DNA of 64,000 nucleotides from Escherichia coli (GTDB lineage Bacteria; Pseudomonadota; Gammaproteobacteria; Enterobacterales; Enterobacteriaceae): NCBI RefSeq assembly GCF_003334815.1, contig NZ_QOWO01000007.1; one strand, 5' to 3'. Shown piece by piece: positions 44,478 to 53,800 of this stretch (position 1 is its first letter; each line of letters starts with the position of its first letter). The notes under the pieces were generated by a model. It saw only the letters and a program-made list of their open reading frames with translations, ran no database searches and was not told where the DNA came from. The position numbers and the translations under genes were made by a program.

Positions 44478-45905
44478 ATGATGATAAATGTGCAAACTGT
44501 GGCAGTGATTGGGAGCGGCACCATGGGGGCAGGCATTGCTGAAGTTGCTGCCAGTCATGGACACCAGGTTTTACTGTATGACATTTCTGCTGAAGCGCTG
44601 ACCCGCGCAATCGACGGGATACACGCGCGGCTAAATTCACGCGTGACGCGGGGAAAACTGACTGCTGAAACCTGTGAACGCACATTGAAACGCCTGATCC
44701 CGGTGACCGATATTCACGCGCTGGCAGCTGCGGACCTGGTCATTGAAGCGGCGTCTGAACGTCTGGAAGTCAAAAAAGCGCTCTTTGCACAGCTGGCGGA
44801 AGTTTGCCCGCCACAAACGCTATTGACCACTAACACTTCGTCAATCTCTATAACCGCGATTGCTGCGGAGATAAAAAATCCTGAACGTGTTGCGGGGCTG
44901 CATTTTTTTAACCCGGCACCGGTGATGAAGTTGGTGGAGGTGGTCAGTGGGCTGGCAACGGCGGCGGAAGTTGTTGAGCAGTTGTGTGAACTAACGTTGA
45001 GTTGGGGTAAGCAGCCTGTGCGCTGTCATTCGACTCCTGGATTTATCGTTAACCGTGTTGCGCGTCCTTATTATTCCGAGGCCTGGCGGGCACTGGAAGA
45101 GCAGGTTGCTGCACCAGAAGTGATTGACGCTGCACTTCGCGATGGCGCTGGTTTCCCGATGGGGCCGCTGGAATTAACCGATCTGATTGGTCAGGACGTC
45201 AATTTTGCTGTCACCTGTTCGGTGTTTAACGCTTTCTGGCAGGAGCGTCGTTTTTTACCTTCGCTGGTGCAACAGGAACTGGTGATTGGTGGACGGTTGG
45301 GCAAGAAAAGTGGGCTGGGCGTGTACGACTGGCGCGCGGAACGTGAGGCAGTTGTTGGCCTGGAAGCGGTAAGCGACAGTTTTAGCCCAATGAAAGTAGA
45401 AAAGAAAAGTGACGGTGTCACGGAAATTGACGATGTTTTATTGATTGAGACACAAGGCGAGACGGCACAGGCGCTGGCAATACGACTGGCACGCCCGGTG
45501 GTAGTGATCGATAAAATGGCGGGCAAGGTGGTGACCATTGCTGCTGCAGCGGTGAACCCGGACTCAGCGACCCGCAAGGCCATTTATTACCTGCAACAGC
45601 AGGGCAAAACAGTGCTGCAAATTGCAGATTACCCAGGAATGCTGATTTGGCGAACGGTAGCAATGATCATCAATGAAGCCCTTGATGCGCTTCAAAAAGG
45701 CGTGGCCTCTGAACAGGATATCGATACCGCCATGCGTCTTGGGGTGAATTATCCATATGGCCCACTTGCCTGGGGAGCGCAACTTGGCTGGCAGCGAATA
45801 TTAAGGCTCCTTGAAAATCTACAGCATCACTATGGCGAAGAACGCTATCGCCCATGTTCATTGCTGCGCCAACGGGCGCTTCTGGAGAGCGGTTATGAGT
45901 CATAA
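44478..45905 (+). CDS. paaH: 3-hydroxyadipyl-CoA dehydrogenase
   Basis: ORF track 44382..45905; start at MMINVQTVAVIGSGTMG (475 aa), NAD-binding GxGxxG. Confidence 0.9.
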   Translation: MMINVQTVAVIGSGTMGAGIAEVAASHGHQVLLYDISAEALTRAIDGIHARLNSRVTRGKLTAETCERTLKRLIPVTDIHALAAADLVIEAASERLEVKKALFAQLAEVCPPQTLLTTNTSSISITAIAAEIKNPERVAGLHFFNPAPVMKLVEVVSGLATAAEVVEQLCELTLSWGKQPVRCHSTPGFIVNRVARPYYSEAWRALEEQVAAPEVIDAALRDGAGFPMGPLELTDLIGQDVNFAVTCSVFNAFWQERRFLPSLVQQELVIGGRLGKKSGLGVYDWRAEREAVVGLEAVSDSFSPMKVEKKSDGVTEIDDVLLIETQGETAQALAIRLARPVVVIDKMAGKVVTIAAAAVNPDSATRKAIYYLQQQGKTVLQIADYPGMLIWRTVAMIINEALDALQKGVASEQDIDTAMRLGVNYPYGPLAWGAQLGWQRILRLLENLQHHYGEERYRPCSLLRQRALLESGYES

Positions 45906-46317
45906 GGCCTGGCAAAATGCCCATGCAATGTATGAGAACGATGCCTGCGCCAAAGCGCTTGGCATCGACATTATCTCAATGGATGAAGGCTTTGCTGTAG
46001 TGACCATGACCGTCACTGCACAAATGCTTAACGGTCATCAAAGTTGCCACGGCGGGCAGCTATTTTCACTGGCTGATACTGCCTTTGCCTACGCCTGCAA
46101 TAGCCAGGGGCTGGCAGCCGTCGCTTCTGCCTGCACGATTGATTTTTTGCGTCCAGGCTTTGCCGGAGACACCTTAACTGCTACTGCGCAGGTACGTCAT
46201 CAGGGCAAGCAAACCGGTGTTTACGACATCGAAATTGTTAACCAACAACAAAAAACGGTTGCGCTGTTTCGCGGTAAATCTCACCGCATCGGCGGCACCA
46301 TTACAGGAGAAGCCTGA
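45895..46317 (+). CDS. paaI: hydroxyphenylacetyl-CoA thioesterase (hotdog fold)
   Basis: ORF track 45811..46317; start at MSHKAWQNAHAMYE (140 aa). Confidence 0.85.
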   Translation: MSHKAWQNAHAMYENDACAKALGIDIISMDEGFAVVTMTVTAQMLNGHQSCHGGQLFSLADTAFAYACNSQGLAAVASACTIDFLRPGFAGDTLTATAQVRHQGKQTGVYDIEIVNQQQKTVALFRGKSHRIGGTITGEA

Positions 46318-47522
46318 TGCGTGAAGCCTTTATTTGTGACGGAATTCGTACGCCAATTGGTCGCTACGGCGGGGCATTATCAAGTGTTCGGGCTGATGAT
46401 CTGGCTGCTATCCCTTTGCGGGAACTGCTGGTGCGAAACCCGCGTCTCGATGCGGAGTGTATCGATGATGTGATCCTCGGCTGTGCTAATCAGGCGGGAG
46501 AAGATAACCGTAACGTAGCCCGGATGGCGACTTTACTGGCGGGGCTGCCGCAGAGTGTTTCCGGCACAACCATTAACCGCTTGTGTGGTTCCGGGCTGGA
46601 CGCACTGGGGTTTGCCGCACGGGCGATTAAAGCGGGCGATGGCGATTTGCTGATCGCCGGTGGCGTGGAGTCAATGTCACGGGCACCGTTTGTTATGGGC
46701 AAGGCAGCCAGTGCATTTTCTCGTCAGGCTGAGATGTTCGATACCACTATTGGCTGGCGATTTGTGAACCCGCTCATGGCTCAGCAATTTGGAACTGACA
46801 GCATGCCGGAAACGGCAGAGAATGTAGCTGAACTGTTAAAAATCTCACGAGAAGATCAAGATAGTTTTGCGCTACGCAGTCAGCAACGTACGGCAAAAGC
46901 GCAATCCTCAGGCATTCTGGCTGAGGAGATTGTTCCGGTTGTGTTGAAAAACAAGAAAGGTGTTGTAACAGAAATACAACATGATGAGCATCTGCGCCCG
47001 GAAACGACGCTGGAACAGTTACGTGGGTTAAAAGCACCATTTCGTGCCAATGGGGTGATTACCGCAGGCAATGCTTCCGGGGTGAATGACGGAGCCGCTG
47101 CGTTGATTATTGCCAGTGAACAGATGGCAGCAGCGCAAGGACTGACACCGCGGGCGCGTATCGTAGCCATGGCAACCGCCGGGGTGGAACCGCGCCTGAT
47201 GGGGCTTGGTCCGGTGCCTGCAACTCGCCGGGTGCTGGAACGCGCAGGGCTGAGTATTCACGATATGGACGTGATTGAACTGAACGAAGCGTTCGCGGCC
47301 CAGGCGTTGGGTGTACTACGCGAATTGGGGCTGCCTGATGATGCCCCACATGTTAACCCCAACGGAGGCGCTATCGCCTTAGGCCATCCGTTGGGAATGA
47401 GTGGTGCCCGCCTGGCACTGGCTGCCAGCCATGAGCTGCATCGGCGTAACGGTCGTTACGCATTGTGCACCATGTGCATCGGTGTCGGTCAGGGCATCGC
47501 CATGATTCTGGAGCGTGTTTGA
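46317..47522 (+). CDS. paaJ: 3-oxoadipyl-CoA / 3-oxo-5,6-dehydrosuberyl-CoA thiolase
   Basis: 401 aa, thiolase active-site Cys (NRLCGSG), C-terminal CIGVGQG. Confidence 0.9.
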   Translation: MREAFICDGIRTPIGRYGGALSSVRADDLAAIPLRELLVRNPRLDAECIDDVILGCANQAGEDNRNVARMATLLAGLPQSVSGTTINRLCGSGLDALGFAARAIKAGDGDLLIAGGVESMSRAPFVMGKAASAFSRQAEMFDTTIGWRFVNPLMAQQFGTDSMPETAENVAELLKISREDQDSFALRSQQRTAKAQSSGILAEEIVPVVLKNKKGVVTEIQHDEHLRPETTLEQLRGLKAPFRANGVITAGNASGVNDGAAALIIASEQMAAAQGLTPRARIVAMATAGVEPRLMGLGPVPATRRVLERAGLSIHDMDVIELNEAFAAQALGVLRELGLPDDAPHVNPNGGAIALGHPLGMSGARLALAASHELHRRNGRYALCTMCIGVGQGIAMILERV

Positions 47523-47548
47523 GCATATCAACCTGCGAGTACCCTACA

Positions 47549-48862
47549 ATGATAACCAATACAAAGCTTGACCCGATTGAAACCGCGTCTGTTGATGAGT
47601 TACAGGCGTTGCAAACACAGCGTCTGAAATGGACGCTCAAACACGCGTATGAAAATGTGCCGATGTATCGGCGCAAATTCGACGCAGCAGGCGTACATCC
47701 TGATGATTTCAGGGAACTTTCAGACCTGCGTAAATTTCCCTGTACCACCAAACAGGATCTGCGCGACAACTATCCCTTTGACACCTTTGCCGTGCCAATG
47801 GAACAAGTGGTGCGCATTCATGCTTCTTCGGGAACCACAGGTAAACCGACAGTTGTCGGCTATACGCAAAACGATATTGATAACTGGGCCAATATTGTAG
47901 CGCGTTCTTTGCGTGCGGCAGGGGGCTCGCCCAAAGACAAAATTCATGTTGCCTATGGTTACGGCCTGTTTACTGGTGGGCTGGGTGCGCACTATGGTGC
48001 CGAACGTCTGGGCGCTACGGTGATCCCGATGTCTGGCGGGCAGACGGAAAAACAAGCGCAACTGATCCGTGATTTTCAACCAGATATGATCATGGTTACG
48101 CCATCTTATTGCCTTAACCTGATTGAAGAGCTGGAGCGGCAGTTGGGCGGTGATGCCAGCGGTTGCTCGCTGCGGGTTGGAGTATTTGGTGCTGAGCCGT
48201 GGACACAGGCCATGCGTAAAGAGATTGAGCGTCGCCTGGGGATCACCGCACTGGATATTTATGGCCTGTCAGAAGTGATGGGGCCGGGGGTGGCGATGGA
48301 GTGTCTGGAAACTACCGACGGCCCAACCATTTGGGAAGATCATTTCTATCCTGAAATTGTTAATCCTCATGACGGCACACCGCTTGCCGATGGTGAACAT
48401 GGCGAACTGTTATTCACCACGCTGACCAAAGAAGCATTGCCGGTCATTCGTTACCGCACGCGTGATTTAACCCGACTGTTACCAGGAACGGCGCGGACTA
48501 TGCGCCGCATGGATCGCATCAGCGGACGCAGCGATGACATGTTGATTATTCGCGGTGTAAATGTCTTTCCGTCACAACTGGAAGAAGAGATTGTCAAATT
48601 CGAACATTTATCGCCGCATTACCAACTGGAGGTGAACCGCCGGGGGCATCTTGATTCACTTTCTGTGAAAGTGGAGTTGAAAGAAAGTAGCCTGACATTG
48701 ACGCATGAGCAGCGTTGCCAGGTATGCCACCAGCTGCGCCATCGGATTAAGTCGATGGTGGGGATCTCTACCGATGTGATGATCGTTAACTGTGGCAGTA
48801 TCCCGCGTTCAGAAGGCAAGGCGTGTCGGGTGTTTGATCTGCGCAATATTGTTGGTGCCTGA
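47549..48862 (+). CDS. paaK: phenylacetate-CoA ligase
   Basis: ORF track 47465..48862; start at MITNTKLDPIE (437 aa), adenylate-forming SSGTTGKPT. Confidence 0.9.
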   Translation: MITNTKLDPIETASVDELQALQTQRLKWTLKHAYENVPMYRRKFDAAGVHPDDFRELSDLRKFPCTTKQDLRDNYPFDTFAVPMEQVVRIHASSGTTGKPTVVGYTQNDIDNWANIVARSLRAAGGSPKDKIHVAYGYGLFTGGLGAHYGAERLGATVIPMSGGQTEKQAQLIRDFQPDMIMVTPSYCLNLIEELERQLGGDASGCSLRVGVFGAEPWTQAMRKEIERRLGITALDIYGLSEVMGPGVAMECLETTDGPTIWEDHFYPEIVNPHDGTPLADGEHGELLFTTLTKEALPVIRYRTRDLTRLLPGTARTMRRMDRISGRSDDMLIIRGVNVFPSQLEEEIVKFEHLSPHYQLEVNRRGHLDSLSVKVELKESSLTLTHEQRCQVCHQLRHRIKSMVGISTDVMIVNCGSIPRSEGKACRVFDLRNIVGA

Positions 48863-48870
48863 CGTATCGT

Positions 48871-48902
48871 CTGGCCCTGGTGGGGTAAAGCGCCAGGGCC
48901 AG
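48871..48902 (+). terminator. hairpin downstream of paaK (no U-tract)
   Basis: CTGGCCCTGG-12 nt loop-CCAGGGCCAG, embedded in a longer imperfect palindrome. Confidence 0.4.
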
Positions 48903-48962
48903 AAGTCGATACGACCTGTGCTATGATTCATAAATCACAACAATAACAACAGACTGAAGCGA

Positions 48963-49913
48963 ATGAGTAAACTTGATACTTTTATCCAACATGCTGTAAA
49001 CGCTGTTCCGGTCAGTGGCACATCTTTGATCTCCTCTCTGTATGGTGATTCGCTTTCCCATCGTGGTGGTGAAATCTGGTTGGGTAGTCTGGCTGCTTTG
49101 CTGGAAGGGCTGGGATTTGGTGAGCGTTTCGTGCGCACCGCTTTGTTTCGTCTTAATAAAGAAGGCTGGCTGGATGTTTCCCGCATCGGGCGACGCAGTT
49201 TCTATAGCCTCAGTGATAAAGGCTTGCGCCTGACGCGACGGGCAGAAAGTAAAATTTATCGCGCAGAGCAACCTGCATGGGATGGTAAATGGCTCCTGTT
49301 GCTCTCGGAAGGTTTAGATAAATCAACGCTGGCTGATGTCAAAAAGCAGTTGATCTGGCAAGGTTTTGGCGCACTGGCACCCAGCCTGATGGCATCGCCG
49401 TCGCAAAAACTGGCCGATGTACAGACACTTTTGCATGAAGCGGGTGTGGCGGATAACGTGATTTGTTTTGAAGCGCAAATACCACTGGCGCTTTCTCGCG
49501 CAGCACTGCGTGCCAGAGTAGAAGAGTGCTGGCATTTAACTGAACAAAATGCCATGTACGAAACCTTTATTCAGTCATTCCGCCCGCTGGTGCCGCTTTT
49601 AAAAGAGGCGGCAGACGAGTTAACCCCGGAGCGGGCATTTCATATTCAGCTTTTACTGATCCATTTTTATCGCCGTGTCGTCCTTAAAGACCCATTGTTG
49701 CCGGAGGAGTTGCTTCCGGCACACTGGGCAGGGCATACGGCGCGTCAGCTGTGTATCAACATTTATCAGCGCGTAGCGCCTGCTGCTTTAGCGTTCGTTA
49801 GTGAAAAAGGTGAAACCTCGGTCGGTGAACTGCCTGCGCCGGGAAGCCTGTATTTTCAACGTTTTGGCGGCTTGAATATTGAACAGGAGGCGTTATGCCA
49901 ATTTATCAGATAG
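48963..49913 (+). CDS. paaX: phenylacetyl-CoA-responsive repressor of paa genes
   Basis: 316 aa, synteny. Confidence 0.9.
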   Translation: MSKLDTFIQHAVNAVPVSGTSLISSLYGDSLSHRGGEIWLGSLAALLEGLGFGERFVRTALFRLNKEGWLDVSRIGRRSFYSLSDKGLRLTRRAESKIYRAEQPAWDGKWLLLLSEGLDKSTLADVKKQLIWQGFGALAPSLMASPSQKLADVQTLLHEAGVADNVICFEAQIPLALSRAALRARVEECWHLTEQNAMYETFIQSFRPLVPLLKEAADELTPERAFHIQLLLIHFYRRVVLKDPLLPEELLPAHWAGHTARQLCINIYQRVAPAALAFVSEKGETSVGELPAPGSLYFQRFGGLNIEQEALCQFIR

Positions 49914-50485
49914 ACGGTCTGACTCCGGTTGTGCCAGAAGAGAGTTTTGTCCATCCGACAGCGGTATTGATCGGCGATGTTATTCTCGGCAAGGGCGTTT
50001 ACGTTGGGCCAAATGCCAGCCTGCGTGGCGATTTTGGTCGTATCGTGGTGAAAGATGGCGCGAACATTCAGGATAATTGCGTTATGCACGGTTTTCCCGA
50101 GCAGGATACTGTTGTAGGAGAAGATGGACATATTGGTCATAGCGCTATCCTTCACGGCTGCATTATCCGCCGCAATGCATTAGTGGGAATGAACGCGGTA
50201 GTGATGGACGGTGCGGTGATTGGCGAGAACAGCATTGTTGGTACATCCGCATTTGTGAAAGCCAAAGCAGAAATGCCAGCTAATTACCTGATTGTCGGCA
50301 GCCCGGCGAAAGCGATTCGTGAACTCAGTGAGCAGGAGTTGGCATGGAAAAAGCAGGGTACGCATGAGTACCAGGTGCTGGTGACACGCTGTAAGCAGAC
50401 GTTACATCAAGTCGAGCCATTGCGGGAAATTGAACCTGGCAGGAAACGCCTGGTATTTGATGAGAATCTGCGACCGAAACAGTAA
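49895..50485 (+). CDS. paaY: hexapeptide-repeat thioesterase
   Basis: 196 aa, left-handed beta-helix hexapeptide repeats. Confidence 0.9.
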   Translation: MPIYQIDGLTPVVPEESFVHPTAVLIGDVILGKGVYVGPNASLRGDFGRIVVKDGANIQDNCVMHGFPEQDTVVGEDGHIGHSAILHGCIIRRNALVGMNAVVMDGAVIGENSIVGTSAFVKAKAEMPANYLIVGSPAKAIRELSEQELAWKKQGTHEYQVLVTRCKQTLHQVEPLREIEPGRKRLVFDENLRPKQ

Positions 50486-50815
50486 CAGATGTAAAATTAT
50501 TTTGTCCCTTTAATTATAAAGCAGAGTTATGTTTAAGCTCTGCTTTATTTATTTGAGTATTAATTCATACCGTTTTTTCATCATATAATTATTTATAATG
50601 AGAATGTGGTTTTAATTTGTAATTTATATTATATACACAATTTATATATTTCATGGTCTTTTTTTATTCACCTGAATTATAATTGTGAATTATAGGAAAG
50701 TATGTTTGATTAGATAATAATCTACTGGCAATACTGGATGTCTTCTATGTTTTAAATAACTAATTGGTCGGGTTAGTGCATCCGGCTTTCTTTATATTCG
50801 CCAGAAGGATTTATT

Positions 50816-53800
50816 ATGCAAAGGAAAACTCTATTGTCGGCCTGTATTGCATTAGCTCTGAGTGGTCAGGGTTGGGCGGCAGATATCACAGAGGTAGAAA
50901 CCACCACAGGTGAAAAGAAAAATACCAATGTGACTTGTCCGGCAGACCCAGGAAAACTCAGTCCGGAAGAGCTTAAACGCTTACCCTCTGAATGCTCTCC
51001 TTTAGTCGAACAAAACCTGATGCCATGGCTTTCCACAGGCGCTGCTGCGTTAATCACGGCCTTAGCCGTAGTGGAACTAAACGACGATGATGATCATCAT
51101 CATCGCAACAATTCTCCACTCCCACCGACACCCCCTGATGATGAATCAGACGACACTCCAGTTCCCCCAACTCCTGGCGGAGATGAGATAATACCGGACG
51201 ATCCGGATGATACGCCTACACCTCCCAAACCGGTTTCGTTTAATAATGACGTTATTCTCGATAAAACAGAAAAAACGTTAACTATTCGCGATTCAGTTTT
51301 TACTTATACCGAGAATGCTGACGGGACTATATCTCTGCAAGATAGCAATGGTCGTAAGGCAACGATTAATCTTTGGCAGATTGATGAAGCGAATAACACT
51401 GTTGCCCTTGAAGGGGTGAGCGCAGATGGCGCAACGAAGTGGCAATATAATCACAACGGTGAGCTTGTTATTACGGGTGATAATGCCACAGTAAACAACA
51501 ATGGCAAAACCACCGTTGACGGTAAAGATTCCACCGGTACGGAAATCAACGGTAATAACGGGAAAGTGATTCAGGACGGCGATCTGGATGTCAGCGGCGG
51601 CGGTCACGGTATTGATATCACCGGTGACAGCGCGACGGTGGATAACAAGGGCACCATGACCGTCACCGATCCGGAGTCCATGGGTATCCAGATCGACGGT
51701 GACAAGGCCATCGTCAATAACGAAGGCGAGAGCACCATCACCAACGGTGGCACCGGCACCCAGATTAATGGTGATGACGCCACGGCAAACAACAACGGCA
51801 AAACCACCGTTGACGGCAAGGATTCCACCGGTACGGAAATCAACGGTAATAACGGAAAAGTTATTCAGGACGGCGATCTGGATGTCAGCGGCGGCGGTCA
51901 CGGTATTGATATCACCGGCGACAGCGCAACGGTGGATAACAAGGGCACCATGACCGTCACCGATCCGGAGTCCATCGGTATCCAGATTGACGGCGACCAG
52001 GCCATCGTCAATAACGAAGGCGAGAGCACTATCACCAATGGCGGCACCGGCACTCAGATCAACGGTAACGACGCCACCGCGAATAACAGTGGAAAAACCA
52101 CTGTTGATGGAAAAGATTCCACGGGTACCAAAATCGCGGGCAATATCGGCATTGTAAATCTGGATGGTAGCCTGACTGTTACAGGCGGTGCGCATGGTGT
52201 TGAGAACATTGGTGACAACGGCACGGTTAACAACAAAGGAGATATTGTTGTTTCCGATACTGGATCGATTGGCGTGCTCATCAACGGTGAGGGGGCAACA
52301 GTATCCAATACGGGTGATGTTAACGTTAGCAATGAAGCGACAGGGTTCAGCATCACAACCAACAGTGGGAAGGTTTCGCTGGCAGGCAGTATGCAGGTTG
52401 GCGATTTCTCGACCGGGGTAGATCTTAATGGCAACAATAACAGCGTGACGCTGGCGGCAAAAGATCTAAAAGTGGTCGGGCAGAAAGCGACGGGCATAAA
52501 CGTTTCTGGCGATGCGAATACAGTGAATATCACTGGTAACGTTCTGGTTGATAAGGATAAAACCGCAGACAATGCGGCGGAATATTTCTTCGATCCATCC
52601 GTGGGTATCAACGTTTACGGCAGTGATAATAACGTGACGCTGGATGGAAAGTTAACTGTTGTATCAGACAGTGAGGTTACTTCTCGTCAGAGTAATTTAT
52701 TTGATGGCAGCGCAGAGAAAACGTCAGGTCTGGTTGTGATTGGCGATGGCAATACCGTTAATATGAATGGTGGACTTGAACTGATTGGAGAGAAAAACGC
52801 GCTTGCAGATGGGTCGCAGGTTACTTCCTTGCGCACAGGATATAGTTATACCAGCGTTATTGTCGTTAGTGGTGAGTCGTCGGTATATCTGAATGGAGAT
52901 ACGACAATCAGCGGAGAATTCCCTCTGGGGTTTGCCGGGGTTATTCGGGTACAGGATAAAGCTTTGCTGGAAATTGGCAGTGGCGCTACGCTAACAATGC
53001 AGGATATTGACAGTTTTGAACATCATGGGACAAGAACCCCAGAACTTACTTATGCTGATTCCGGTGCGAAAATTGTTAATAAAGGTACTGTTGAAATTCA
53101 GAATTTAGGTTTTGCTTTTGTTACTGGTGAAAATACAACAGGTATAAATAGTGGCACGATCTCGTTATTACAAAATGGTAAAGATCCGGCACCGTCTCCC
53201 ATTGTTTTACTGGCTACTAACGGAGGGAGCGCCACTAATGCAGGTACGATCACAGGTAAAGTGACGGAACAACATAGCGTATTTAACAAGTATTCAACGG
53301 GCACATCGAATTCATTTATTTTTAATAACGATGTCAGTAGCATAACAGGGTTAGTCGCTCAATCGAATAGCACAATTATCAATACTGACAGCGGCATCAT
53401 TGATTTGTATGGTCGTGGTAGTGTCGGCATGCTTGCTATAGCAGATTCAACAGCAGAAAATCAGGGTAAAATTACACTGGATTCTATGTGGGTAGATGCA
53501 AATGACACTACCGCAATGCGAGATATAGCTAGCAACAGCGCCATTGACTTCGGTACAGGTGTGGGAGTTGGTACTGATAGTTATAGTGGTGCAGGGAAAA
53601 ATGCAACAGCAATTAACCAATTGGGCGGTGTTATAACTATTTATAACGCCGGCGCAGGTATGGCGGCCTATGGCGCCAGCAATACAGTTATTAACCAGGG
53701 GACGATTAACCTCGAAAAAAATGGTAATTATGACGATAGTCTGGCAGCAAATACTCTGGTAGGGATGGCTGTTTATGAGCATGGTACTGCTATCAACGAC

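Noticed and set aside
51491-52078. Tandem repeats as a CRISPR array
   Set aside because: Period is 294 bp, units are in-frame coding sequence inside ydbA, and there are no short repeat-spacer units.
51293-52195. 300-aa antisense ORF opposite ydbA
   Set aside because: It lies opposite the stop-poor Gly/Asn/Thr repeat region; long antisense frames are expected there by chance.
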